Shown: positions 40,414-51,964, counted from the first letter of the stretch. The stretch: DNA of 64,000 bases from an uncultured Gammaproteobacteria bacterium (GCA_963773065.1 CAVYZN010000019.1:20894-84893), one strand, 5' to 3'. Notes: generated by a model not told the origin, from the letters alone. Made by a program: numbers and translations.

Positions 40414-41010
40414 TCGGATAGCCGGGGGGTTCTCCCCCCCGGCCTCCACAACACCCCGCATGCGGGTCCGCACGGGGCGTTTCCTTCAGAGTGAAAAGGA
40501 CCGCCATTGACTGGCGACCATCAACGCTGGCTACGTGGCGAACCGCCAACGCCGTTTCACCCGCTCGGGTGTCCTACGGCCGTTGAGGCTCGCACGGCTC
40601 GCTCGTTGCCGAAGGTTCAGGCCTTCACCGTGTCCCACCCATTACGGTGGGCGTTTGGCTACTATGCCGTCTGCTGACTTCTGTCCCGTCACACCAAGCG
40701 TTACCGCAGGGCGCGCTGCTCGAGTCACGGTAGGGTTCGATGGTAATTCCAGTCCTTTCGGACTGGCCCTCAGTTCGACTCCCGTAGCGGCACGAGCCGC
40801 ACGCGGGACAAATCTCCCCGGATAAGAACATGAACTTTCCGTGCACAACCGCCGCATTTACCCTATCCCCTGCACCTGACGGGTTTCGTCATCTTGTGCT
40901 GACTCACCCGGGGACTGAGCCTTCTATCTATGCGGTTTCTGTTCGTCGGCTCGCACCTTTGCGCTCGGGCTTCCTTCAGACATCCCCTCGCGGGTTTGCC
41001 CTTGCCGTTC
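40413..41010 (-). ncRNA. ORF-less, 5'-truncated group IIC(-attC) intron
   Basis: DV AAACGCCCCGTGCGGACCCGCATGCGGGGTGTTG (CGC triad), DVI ending CTATCCGAT, 3' exon TAGGCGTC; upstream sequence resembles IIC DI-DIII; no RT ORF. Confidence 0.85.
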
Positions 41011-41493
41011 CGAATACGGCGGATGCGGATGACGACAACGACGGGCTCTCAGACAGCCTGGAGGCCTCCCTCGGGACCAATCCCCTGCGTGCGGATACCG
41101 ACGGCGACGGTCTGACGGACTATGACGAAGTCGCCTGGGGCGGCAATGCTTCAATCTACACTCCGGGTGTGCATCCTCAACCCGCTGGCCGCCGACACGG
41201 ACACCGACGGCTTCAGGGACGGCATGGAGTTCGCGGCGGGCTACAATCCGTTGAGCGCCGCGAGCTTCCCGGTATGGGGCGACATCAACGACGACCGGGT
41301 CGTCGACACGGCCGATGTGCTGCTCGCTACGCGTGCCGTCCTCGGGCTGGTGACGCTGACCGGCGCCGAACTGGCGCGCGGCAACGTCGCGCCGCTCGTC
41401 AACGGAACGCCCCACCCGCCTGCCGTCGATGCCTTCGATCTCGCCGATCTCCTGCTGATCGAGCGCAAGGCGCTGGGTGAGGTTGCCTACTGA
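41010..41493 (+). pseudogene. C-terminal fragment of a secreted protein with Ca-binding DxDxDG repeats and a dockerin-like domain
   Basis: DADDDNDGLSD..GTNPLRADTDGDGLTD; GDINDDRVVDTADVLL; DLADLLLIER; no start codon or N-terminus. Confidence 0.7.
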
Positions 41494-41766
41494 TTGCCCG
41501 GGAACAATTTGCCGGACGAACAATAGCGGTTGTTCAACCTAAAAAACTCAACGCAAAGAACGCATGAACTCTGGGTTATGCGCGCCATGCCCGAATAACC
41601 AAGCAGTCAGGAAAAGCTAATTTTTTGTCGATTAACTTTACGTTATCGGCTATGGCTTTACATGAATAGGTAATCCCAAGCTATTGTTTGATAACAATCC
41701 GGCTTTCGCGGCGCGGTTCTTGCATTTCTTTAATCTTTGTAAGACTTCTGTTAGGAGAACACGCTT

Positions 41767-42039
41767 ATGATCCGCTGCCCTCACTGTGAGAAACCCGGTA
41801 TTACTCCGCTGCGCAAGGCGATATTGAGCCCCGGAATTTCCGCCGCTTGCAAGGTCTGTGGAAAGCTCTCCGGCGTAAGCTACCCCGCTTGGCTGACTGC
41901 CATGCTGCCCGGGTCGGTGCTGATGATCGCGGCCCTCTATGTCAATTCGTCACGCATCGAGTGGACCCTCAATACCGTGGGCTTCGTCCTGATGATCGTG
42001 ATTCCGCTACTGTTTACCCCGTTGCACAAAGAACGTTAA
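41767..42039 (+). CDS. Small zinc-ribbon membrane protein
   Basis: RBS AGGAG; CPHC..CKVC followed by two TM helices. Confidence 0.7.
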   Translation: MIRCPHCEKPGITPLRKAILSPGISAACKVCGKLSGVSYPAWLTAMLPGSVLMIAALYVNSSRIEWTLNTVGFVLMIVIPLLFTPLHKER

Positions 42040-42072
42040 GAATTGGCTTGCGGCAACAGGTAGCATCCTCCG

Positions 42073-42258
42073 TCAAAGCGTCTTTGTCTTCATGGCCCCG
42101 CAGCGACTGCAGCGGTATACGGTCACCAGGCGCCCCCGCCTGACGTCGAACTGCTTGTCGCAGAAGACGGCCCACCGATGAAAACCCTCCCGGCAAAGGC
42201 TCTTGCCCTGCGCCTTCTCCGACGGTTTCGGTTTCCTGAACCGGACTACCTCACCCAT
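42073..42258 (-). CDS. Small hypothetical Cys/His metal-binding protein
   Basis: LCREGFHRW..GRLVTVYRCSRCG. Confidence 0.65.
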   Translation of the reverse strand: MGEVVRFRKPKPSEKAQGKSLCREGFHRWAVFCDKQFDVRRGRLVTVYRCSRCGAMKTKTL

Positions 42259-42660
42259 GTACACCACCCCGCATCATGGAAACCCGCTCCAGCGCCGTCC
42301 CTGACGGTTCATGAGCCACCCGGGATGAAGACCGGTTGGATGGCAGAAACCGCAGAGGACGGTCAATCCATGCGTCATACGGAAACACCGGCGCACCCGG
42401 TTATCCGGTAGGAAACCGATGGCTGTTTAATCTCAGTATATACCGGGTATGATGCGCCGCCCCGCGAGCGTAGCCTCGTCATCATACTTGTCCTTCATTT
42501 TGCGTTTTCTAGCCATCGATACGCCTCTTCATGGAACCAGTGAGTTTACGGCGGGATGCGCAGCGAATGTCTGCACCGATGATCTCCCGACGGCGGCACG
42601 AGCATACCAGACCGTTGCATCAACTGAAGACAACCGTGCGCCTGGCCGCGGTGGAGGCGG

Positions 42661-45600
42661 TCATGCAACGACCCGTTGATCTCCGCGCGGTTGTTGCACC
42701 ACCATGCAACAGGCAGGTTTCAACGGGTCGGCGCCAATGGTTCCCACCAAGCTCGCCAGGTATTCCTGGCTCTGGACCTGCATGAGTTTATTCCTGGCGG
42801 CTTCGAAGCGCTCGCCGATGCAAAGACGTTCCGCCTCGTCCCGGTATTCGCTATCGTTCAGGAACCGCTGGAGGTTGTACACATGGCGCTTCCACAGGTC
42901 GATGTCGCGGCTCTGCTTGACCGCCAGGCGTTCGTGATACCAGACGGATTCCAGCAGGTAGTCACGCGTGAACATGGCGCGAATTCCGGGGTGATGCGCG
43001 TCCATACCCCGGTAGGTGCCGGCCGCCATGATATGCAGCAGCGCCTGCAAGCGGCGGACAGGCATCCGCAATGCAGCCACCGTCCAGGTAGCGCTGCGCC
43101 ACGCGCTGCTGGGCCTCGACGATGTTGTCTATGCCCTCGACGAACAGATCCATTCCCTGGGTTTCCGGCTTGAGGATCTCCTCGGTGAATACGGCCCGGG
43201 GATTGTCGAATATCTTGCCCATAAATCCATGCACGAAATGCCCGGTGATGCGGTAACCCAGGCGGCTGGCGAGCACCTTCCTGCCGTTGTAGTCGAAGTC
43301 CTCCAGCGGTTCCAGGTAGCCGTGTTCGATGAGATACGCCGGGTCGCGCTCCTCGGGGGATAGCCGGGCCCAGATTTCCGGAATCAGCAGGCTGATGTCG
43401 TGGTCGACCCGCACATCGGGGCCCACGTAACCGGCGGAACTGGAAAAGCCCGCATAACCGGTAAGAATGAACGACACCAGGGCGTTGTTGAGGTCCGCCG
43501 TGGCGCGCAGTGCATTGAACGGACCCTTGGTGAGCGCGCCCTCGCTGCCGGTGCCGGTGGTGGATGGCGACTTGCCGGTCAGGCTGCAGATGAAGTCCAT
43601 GAACAGTTCCGGCAGCTCCTGGTAGTGGATGGGATTGTAAACCGCCAGGGAGCGTATGCCCGGTTCGGGCGGATTGTTGCGCCGCCCGGTCAGCACGGCA
43701 TCCACCGTGTGACAGATGGCATCCCGCAAACCCAGCTTGCGGTGAAAGCGCACGCCCATCTCGGCGATGTATGTTCGCACCGGCTGAACCAGATCGGGCC
43801 GGGTCTGCAGGTAGCGCGGATTCATGGAAGGCTTGCCGTCAACCAGGCGCGGGTGCGCGGAGGAAACGACGTAACCGCGTCCTTCATCGTAAACCCCCTT
43901 CAACAGCCCCTGCATGGAGGGAGTAAACCGGTGGAAGATGTTGACGTCTTCGACCAGCGCGGCCAGCCGCGCGCCCGTTATCGGCTCGTAGTTGGCGATA
44001 AAGTTTCCGGGCCCGGAGAGATCCTGTTCGGTCTGCTTGTCGAAACCGGGATGGATGGCCTCGTCCGGCCGCTGGAACAGCCGGTATTCGCAATTCTTCA
44101 CCAGCTTGACGCTGTGATTCCCGCGCTGCGCCGGGCCGCAACTGGCGATGCACTCGGCCGGCACCACGACGGAGGCGCTGATGTCGTCCTCCATCTGCAT
44201 TTTTTCGGTGGCGATGAAGTCCTGGCGGACCTTGAAGGTTCGCCATTTGGATTCCCGGTCGAAGCCGACGCGCAGGTAGGAGGCGATGATGGTGCGGTCG
44301 TAAAGCTTCAGCTCGTGCGCGGGGGCGCCGTCCACATCATCCACCGAAAGATGGTCACGCCAGCGCTCACCCCATTCCGGCCGATAGAAGCGTTTGATCA
44401 GATACGCCAGCGCCAGGATGCGCGGGGGTATGGATTCCAGCCAGGCATTGAACTCGTCGGTGTATTTGGGTGATGGCGTCAGCAGCTTGATGACCGAACC
44501 GAGGCTGCGCTCGGTGACTTAGCGGCCTGCGGTTGGCATCGTGGTCTTCGCCGGCGTAAGCGGACTTGTAGCGCGTGGTGTAGTCCCGCGTTGAAGATTT
44601 CCTGCACCATGTCCAGGTCCTTGTCCAGGTCATCGACGAACAGCGGCCGGTAGATGATGCCATCGTCGAGCGATTTGGATATCTCGGACTTGCCGCCGCC
44701 CGAGACCGTGCAGGGCTTGTGACAGAAGGTGCCCTCCGGATCCGTGCCGATGAGTCGCCAGGAGGGGGCATCCGGGTGCTTCTGCATCTCGAGCTTGTAG
44801 CCGTTCGGCTGGATGTAGACCCTGTCGGGACGCAGACGGATCGACTGCGGAACGCCGTTCACTTCCCAGGTGATGGTCTGGGCGATGAGATCCATGCGCA
44901 GTTTCTGCGGCACGTAAATGACTTCGGGATAGCGCTTGTCGATGCCGTAGCCCTCCGGCTGCAGCTCCATGATGTCGCCGTAGCGCTCGACGACCTCCTC
45001 GAATGAATACCCGGGCTCGTGCGAGCGGCTGTCCGCCCCGTACTCCTCGCCATGGTTGCGGCGCGGGAAGGCGAGCGCCCCGCCGGCATGCTCCTCCTCC
45101 GCCAGCCCGAAGAGATTGGCGGAAAAACTGATCTGCGTCTTGACCTCTTTCTTGCAATAACCGAAGTAATTGTCGGCGAGCAGGGTGACGATGACGCCCG
45201 ACTCGTCGCGCGCGGTGAGTTTGAATGTCTGGTCGTCGTTGTAGAGTTCGTCGGCAGACTTCCAGCACATGCCGTCCCGGCGCTGGCGTTCGCTGGCCTC
45301 CCCCCAGTGCGGCAGACCGAGCTCCCGTTTGGTCAGTCCGACGAGATGGGGCGCGAGGATGACGCAGCCGGTGTGTCCGGTCCAGTGATCGACATCCAGC
45401 GCGGCATCGAAGTCGGCCAGATGGGGATTGCCGCCGTTGCCGAAGATGCTCTCCACGAAATCCAGGTTGCTCACCAGGTTGCCTGGCGCGAAGAACCGGA
45501 TCTCCATGGTCTTCTCCGCTTCCAGCCCGGGGATCTCCGGACACACGATGGGACGCAGCAGCAGGGATACGAACATACGGGCGGGTTTCGGCAGGCCGGC

Positions 45601-46170
45601 GGTGAACGGTATGGTCAGCAGTTCCGGCGGCGGATTGAGCGCGCGCTCCAGCAGGAGCGCGAAGGTGCGCTTGGGCACGGCTATCTTGTCGCCGGGAACC
45701 GGCAGCCCGCCTTCGGTGATGTGGAACGAACCCTCGGACGTGCGCCGGTCGCTCGCGGGATTGTGGAGCACGCCCTGCTTCACCCGATAGCTGGAGATGA
45801 TCTGCGAGTGGAATTCGTCCTCGCCCAGCGGCAATGAAAGCTCGCGCGCCACGCCATGGCGGTCGAGAATCAACGTCTGGGTCGGCAGTCTGGGCACCGG
45901 TACGGGTTGCAGATCTTCCAGGTAGCGATTCAGGAAATTCTGGATGCGCTGGTCGATGCGGCATTGATAGTTCGAGAGCAGGCGGTTCTTCTCCCGGTAG
46001 CTCTTGAGCAGGTCTCGGGAAATAGCAAAGAACCGGGCGGTTTCGCGTGAAATGCAGGTGGGTTGCCCCGAAGACGCCAGCTTCAGATTGATGTAGAGCT
46101 GAAGGTTTTCACGCTCTTCCTGTGGATCGTCGGGCGCCTTGTTCAAACCCAGGGCTTGTGCATAATCCAT
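42661..46170 (-). CDS. PPi-type phosphoenolpyruvate carboxykinase (several frameshifts at ~44.3-44.6 kb and ~43.05 kb)
   Basis: YINLKL, HNPASDRRT, NYFGYCKKEVKTQIS, CHKPCTVSGGGKSEISKS, TGKSPSTTG.GSEGALTKGPFN; joined length ~1160 aa. Confidence 0.85.
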
Positions 46171-46757
46171 GGTCATCCTCCGCATTGGTATTCTCATGCC
46201 GCGTACCCCGGTTGACCTCTCCGGCAGGACGGCAGTGACTAAATCAAAACCGGGATGGCACATCAAGACAAGTATTCACCGAATTGCAGCAAAAGACAGA
46301 CCACGTAGCTATGTTATTAATTAAAAATGGAATCAGGTATATCCACCCGGTTTGAGAGCCGCTCATTTGCACCGGAACAGGGCTCATTATGCACCAAGTA
46401 CATCCAGTATTCGAGCCAACGGCGCAGGTCACCGACCCACGGCACGGGCGAAATTCTCAGTCGCCAATCGGTTGCAACATCGACTGCTCTGGCTTGATTC
46501 ATGACGCCGGGAGTGCAACCATCCCTGCCGTGTCAACGATGGGTAACGCCATGAGCCGGACTTTTGATACCCCCAGGACGCCCCGACGCTTCCCCCAACT
46601 GGCCGGATGCCCCCGAAGGACCGGTGAAAACCGGCCCTGGACAAAGTTCCGGTTGCCGGTGATGGGAATGACGGTGCGGTTCGTCCATTACCCGGCAGGG
46701 TAATCAATCGGGAAGCGGACCAACTCGCGGTTGTAAACACCGGCTCGCGGAACGCCG

Positions 46758-47222
46758 TCAGGACTTCCGCCGGATGAAATCGAGGAGCCTGCGCGCATGG
46801 TCCTTCGGGACGACGCCATATTCCGCATACCGGATCACGCCCCCGGGATCGATGATGAACGTCGATCGCACAATGCCAGTCTTTTTGACCCCGTCCTTCT
46901 CCTTTTCCTGGATAACGCCGTAATTGCCGCACGCCTCGCGTTCGACATCGGCGAGCAGGGTTATCTTGAGACCGAATTTCTCCCTGAAGGTCTGGTGGCT
47001 GAAACAGTCATCGCCGCTGACACCGACAATCTGCGCCCCCGCCATTTCAAACTCGTCCATGAGGTCGGTGAAATCATTGGCCTGTATCGTGCAACCGGGC
47101 GTGTCATCCTTGGGATAGAAATACAGGATCACCGTCTTGCCCGCGAAATCGGCCAGCGTCCGGTATTCCATGTCGGCATCCGGCAGGAAGAATTCCGGGG
47201 CCTTGTCACCCACATGCAGCAT
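46758..47222 (-). CDS. bcp: Peroxiredoxin BCP/PrxQ family
   Basis: LYFYPKDDTPGCT, GVSGD, RSTFIID. Confidence 0.9.
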   Translation of the reverse strand: MLHVGDKAPEFFLPDADMEYRTLADFAGKTVILYFYPKDDTPGCTIQANDFTDLMDEFEMAGAQIVGVSGDDCFSHQTFREKFGLKITLLADVEREACGNYGVIQEKEKDGVKKTGIVRSTFIIDPGGVIRYAEYGVVPKDHARRLLDFIRRKS

Positions 47223-47525
47223 TTCCGTTCTCCTATCTTTCATTCAGTCAAAACGTAGGTATCGATGAGCAATCCCTGCGGAAGCGAGCCGGGTTCCCTG
47301 GCGGTCGGTGAATCAACCCCGTTCTGTCCGCACACGCTAACGCCATTCCCGAATAATGTGTTGAATTCAGGACTGGTGCAAATACTTTTGCGGGCCCTTC
47401 CCATTGTCCGCCCTGCGGTGTCCTGCCCGGTTGAGACGCCGTCATGGCCGTCGTGCTTGCCGGGCGGCGTCAGAAACAGATTGTACGTGAGGACAATATA
47501 CTGATCCCGCGGTGATCACTATTCT

Positions 47526-47612
47526 GTTAGTCAGTGGCGTACGAACAATAATAAACACCCTCCCTACTACGCCACTAACACGCCCCGCACCACAACCCGC
47601 GGGGCGTGTTTC
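47526..47612 (+). ncRNA. Candidate small RNA (hairpin with A-rich/anti-SD loop plus terminator-like hairpin)
   Basis: Stem AGTGGCGTA/TACGCCACT around loop CGAACAATAATAAACACCCTCCCTAC; 12-bp hairpin AACACGCCCCGC/GCGGGGCGTGTT. Confidence 0.5.
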
Positions 47613-48066
47613 TATGTCTGTTGCTAAAACTATGACAATCCGTTTGCCACACGGATTTCATGGAAAAGTGTTTTCATGATGGCGCCGCGGATCCTGGACG
47701 CGAAGCATTTCGTCACGCCAGGAGATCGCGCGGATGGCTGCCGCCCGCGGCGGAGACCATGGTCGTGAGCCGCATTTCCGTGGCAATTCGTCGCAACGAT
47801 TCCCTGGCCTATGACGAGTGGATTTCAAGGCAATATTTACGGGAAATTACCTATAGCCGCCTTTCGATCCGTGAACTACGTTTTGATTATCACTTGCCCC
47901 GGCGATAACCGCTTGCCTGAATCGCCGGGCAAGCGCAGGGGCACCCTACGGCGTGGTTACATGAACTGCCACGTGGATAGCCTGTCTATAGGATTGTCAA
48001 TCGGCATCCTGGCGGTTGGAAGGGTGGAAAGGACCCGCTATCCGGGATGTGACAGGGAGAACAGGT

Positions 48067-48860
48067 ATGTTCGCTACACGTTGTCTCAGCCTTCCTGCTA
48101 TTGCCGTTAAGACTGGCTGTTTTATCTGCCTGCTGCTGGTGCTCTGCTCGCTCCCGCCTGCCATCGCGGGCGCATCTGACCGATATCGAGGTGAACGAGC
48201 AGGCAGGCAGCTATCGGGTCAGAATGATCATGCTGGTCCATGCGCCGGCGATCATCGTCCACCGTGTGTTGACGGATTACGCGCATATTTACCGGATGAA
48301 TCCCTCGATCACGGAAAGCGAGATCCTCCCTTCACCGGATAATGAAACGGTCCGGGTGAGAACCCGCATTGAAGGATGTGTCTTTTTTTTCTGCAAGGAT
48401 ATTGATCGCGTGGAGGATGTACGCGAAGTGAGCCCGGGACATTTACAGGCCGTCATTGTTCCGGCACATAGCGACTTCACCTCAGGCCAGGCCGATTGGC
48501 GCATCCATCCCGTCGGTGAAGACAGCCAAGTCGTCTACCAAGCGGAAATCACACCGGCTTTTTTCATTCCGCCGGTCATCGGCGACTATTTCGTCAAGCG
48601 AACGATCGCCAGGGAAGTCGTGACCAGTTTTGCGAAGCTTGAATGCATCGCGCGCATCAAGGCGGGACTCGATACCCGCTCACGGCAGTACCTCGCGGAT
48701 GCCTACGTCCGACGCAAAGGATGTCGATGCCATTCAGGCGGCGATGCTGACCGGCGAGGATCCCTCAACCCAGGCACAGGCCACGGCTTCCGGTGGAAAC
48801 TACGAAGCGGATGCAGCGGGATGTCCCGGAACCTGTGACCAACATGGCAGCGGGTGTTGA
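48067..48860 (+). CDS. Exported SRPBCC/START-fold protein (frameshifts near 48170 and 48710)
   Basis: Signal peptide; VLTDY..IYRMNPSITES, GCVFFFCK.I.RVE, P.FFIPPVIG. Confidence 0.7.
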
Positions 48861-48862
48861 CG

Positions 48863-49240
48863 ATGGATTATCGTCACGCCTTCCTGGGCAGTGTCCATAT
48901 CGTCTTGCTTGCCGGCTGCGCTACCGAACAAACGATCAGTTACCAGCAGACTGTCTACCCGATCCTGGCAACCAACTGCCTTGAATGCCATCGGCCGCCC
49001 GACGGCACGGGTTATCTGCAGACACGGCTCAACCTGGAAACCTATCAGAGCCTGATGCAGGGCGCGGTTTACGGTCCGGTGATCGTGCCCGGAAACAGCC
49101 GCCAAAGCATCCTCAACAGGCTGGTGGAAGGGCGCGCGGGCGCCTCGCTTCGCATGCCGCATCAGCGGGACCAGCCCCTCACGGCGCATGAGATCGAGAT
49201 TCTGCGCCAGTGGGTCGATCAAGGCGCGCACGATAACTGA
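48863..49240 (+). CDS. c-type cytochrome lipoprotein (planctomycete-cytochrome-like)
   Basis: Lipobox LLAGC; CLECH; IVPGNS..S.L, RMP, EIEILRQWVDQGA. Confidence 0.85.
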   Translation: MDYRHAFLGSVHIVLLAGCATEQTISYQQTVYPILATNCLECHRPPDGTGYLQTRLNLETYQSLMQGAVYGPVIVPGNSRQSILNRLVEGRAGASLRMPHQRDQPLTAHEIEILRQWVDQGAHDN

Positions 49241-49289
49241 CCCCGTTTCACCCGCAGTCCTCGGGTTTTTGGAATCCCTGAAAAATGCT

Positions 49290-49545
49290 GCAGGGCAGAT
49301 AATTGCTCCTGCATTATCTGCATTCCCCACATCCCTGTGGGTCATACGGAAGCTTTGCCTACACGGACGTAGGCAAGGAGCGTGAGCAGGGCAAATAGTT
49401 GCTCCTGCACTATCTGCATTCCCCACATCCCTGTGGGTCAGGCGGAAGCTTTCCTACACGGATGTAGGCAAGGAGCGTGAGCAGAGCGGAAGCTTTGCCT
49501 ACACGGACGTAGGCAAGTAGCGTGAGCAGGACGCGGAAGCTTTGG
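49290..49545. repeat. Composite tandem REP/MITE-like repeat (A-B-A-B-B)
   Basis: Unit A TTGCTCCTGCA.TATCTGCATTCCCCACATCCCTGTGGGTCA x2; unit B CGGAAGCTTTGCCTACACGGACGTAGGCAAG.AGCGTGAGCAG x3; period ~96 bp. Confidence 0.85.
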
Positions 49546-49623
49546 CGTCTTGGCGATTAATAACTATAGTTAAAGACAAATGGCCCGAGCCTGACATGAT
49601 CGCGTCAGCAGCGAGTAGCAACG

Positions 49624-49929
49624 ATGAGCAGTGACACCGCACCGACACAGGAAACCGGCCATTCCGGAGAGAAACCAGCCGCGATCCACGTCGAGTGCTA
49701 CGCCGGTCACCGCGCGGAAGAATCCCCACGCCGGTTTTTCATCGGTCGGCGCACCATCGAGGTAAGCGAGGTCATCGACCGCTGGCTGGAGCCGGAGCAT
49801 GGCTACTTCAAGCTGCGCGGCGACGACGGCGGCATCTACATACTGCGTTATGAACAGGCCACCGACACCTGGGAGATGATTCTGTACGACAGCGGCACAC
49901 GGCGTGAAACCCGCCTCTCCTCGACCTGA
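49624..49929 (+). CDS. Conserved hypothetical small beta protein
   Basis: VECYAGHR.EE.PRRF..VIDRWL.P..YFKL.GDDG.IYILR. Confidence 0.7.
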   Translation: MSSDTAPTQETGHSGEKPAAIHVECYAGHRAEESPRRFFIGRRTIEVSEVIDRWLEPEHGYFKLRGDDGGIYILRYEQATDTWEMILYDSGTRRETRLSST

Positions 49930-49994
49930 CACCCGTTTAGCCATAAGACCGTCGGAATCGGGTACCCTGCCCCGGTACCCGGAATGATCGCGAC

Positions 49995-50752
49995 ATGACC
50001 AGACACGGCACACGGCAGCGGCTGCGCATCGATGGCGCCATGGGCGAAGGCGGCGGCCAGATCCTGCGCTCGGCTCTCGCCCTGTCGGTATGCCTGGGCA
50101 TACCCTTCCACCTGACGCGGGTGCGGGCTGCACGCCGCAAGCCGGGCCTGCAGCCCCAGCACCTCGCCGCCGTCAAGGCCGCGGCCGAGATCAGCGGCGC
50201 CACGCTGGAAGGCGCCACCCCCGGCTCCGGCGAACTGACATTCGATCCGGGCACGTCTCGGAGGTATTCACCTGCTTCGGGGAACGCGGCGTGCGCGCGG
50301 AAGTCGTGGCGACGCAAGCGGCGGCACAGGTGCGCCGTTACCTGGCCGCGGGCGTGCCGGTCGGTGAGCAACTGGCGGACCAGTTGCTGCTGCCCCTGGC
50401 GCTGGCCAGCGGCAGCTATGTAACGCTGCGGCCCAGCCGGCACACCACGACGAATATCGCCGTGCTGCGGATGTTCATGGCGCTGCAGGTTGACTGCGAG
50501 GAACTGGGTCCAGACCGCTGGCGCATTGCGCTGCGCGACCGCCATGGATTCCACCGATTGCGATTCATGGATGACTACGAACGGACCAGAACAGTGGAAG
50601 GTGTTCGTTTGCGGCTAAATGCAATGGTCCCGCGCTTTCCTCGTGGCTGCGTTTTCGAAACCAATATCTGCTCTGAACCAACAAAACGCGGGCTGGAAGC
50701 TCTTGCGCGGCGCACCCGGCTAAAGGTGCATGCCCGCGGAAGACAAGCGTAA
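49995..50752 (+). pseudogene. rtcA: RNA 3'-terminal phosphate cyclase with large internal deletion
   Basis: [26 protein letters not shown] joined out of frame near 50250 to [24 protein letters not shown]; central domain missing; 3' end uncertain. Confidence 0.8.
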
Positions 50753-50803
50753 CATAGGAACGGGACTCCTCTCTCCGGGGGGTGACTAGCCTGGGCTTCC
50801 GAC

Positions 50804-51463
50804 ATGCCGCCACTCTACCTGCTGGTGTTTCTCGCTCTCGGCGTATTTCTTGCGGCCGTCATCCAACTGCAGTTGCTGAGCATCGCCTTCCAGAAGCTGG
50901 GGCTGTCACCCCACGGCGCCCTGTGGCTGATGCTGGGCGCGTTGTTCGGGAGCGGCATCAATATCCCGGTGGCGACGGTGAAAACCACGACGGACTTCCC
51001 GCTGCCCCTGGATATTCCCCGCCGGGGCCGCATGTGGCCGCCCGCCGATCTACCGCCAAGCGGACAGACGATCATCGCCGTCAACCTGGGCGGCTGCATC
51101 ATCCCCGTGGGTATCGCCCTGTACCTGCTGGCCCGGCAACTGGTCAACCCGCTCGACCTGCTGCCGGCCCTGCTGGTGGTGACCGCGGCGAGCTATGCAT
51201 TCAGCCGCCCGGTGCCGGGCTTGGGCATCGCCATGCCGCTCCTCCTGGCCCCGCTGGTGACGGTGGTGACCGCGCTGCTCCTGGCGCCGGAGAATGCCGC
51301 GCCGCTCGCCTTCTCCAGCGGCGTCCTCGGCGTGCTGCTGGGCGCCGACATCCTGCGCCTGCGCGAAATCGGCCGCATGGGTGTGAGGATCGCCTCGATC
51401 GGCGGCGCTGGGACCTTTGACGGCGTGTTCCTCACCGGCGTCATCGCCGTGCTGCTGGCGTGA
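50804..51463 (+). CDS. DUF1614-family membrane protein
   Basis: GSGINIPV, IAVNLGGCIIP, SRPVPGLGI, GADIL, SIGGAGTFDGVFLTG. Confidence 0.88.
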   Translation: MPPLYLLVFLALGVFLAAVIQLQLLSIAFQKLGLSPHGALWLMLGALFGSGINIPVATVKTTTDFPLPLDIPRRGRMWPPADLPPSGQTIIAVNLGGCIIPVGIALYLLARQLVNPLDLLPALLVVTAASYAFSRPVPGLGIAMPLLLAPLVTVVTALLLAPENAAPLAFSSGVLGVLLGADILRLREIGRMGVRIASIGGAGTFDGVFLTGVIAVLLA

Positions 51464-51964
51464 CCCACGGTTTCTCGCCCTGTGGACATCAGCCGTTTGC
51501 GGAGGGCGCACCCGGCAGGCCAGCGCGCACTCACGATTTTATGTGCGGGTGCGGTATCCCTGGCATTCAGATACTCTCGGTTCGCAGCCTCCTGTCCCTG
51601 GCTGCGCGAAGACCGCAAGCCTGTTATCATTCACCGTCACGGCCATGGAGATAGCTGATGAATGACCGGCACAATTCACTCGCGGCGGTTTTCGTCGCCA
51701 CCCGCCCTCGCTCTGCTTGCCGGCTGCACCGTCATCAATGGCGGCGATGCCGCAATGCGGCGGCCCCCGTCCCTCCACCCCCGGGCGAGTCCACCGGCGC
51801 GGTTCAGAAGGGCAAGGAAATTCAAAGCCGCAGACGAAGACTTGCCCGACCGCTTGTTTGCACGGCTGGATAACGGCGTTAAAGATCTCAACCGTGATAT
51901 CGGCCGCGAGATCGACCGCGGATTCCCCACCCGTCACGAAGAACGCGACCCCGGAATCGAGTGA

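Noticed and set aside
49290-49545. CRISPR array to pair with the orphan Cas6
   Set aside because: The intervening segments are themselves repeats; there are no unique spacers and the spacing is irregular.
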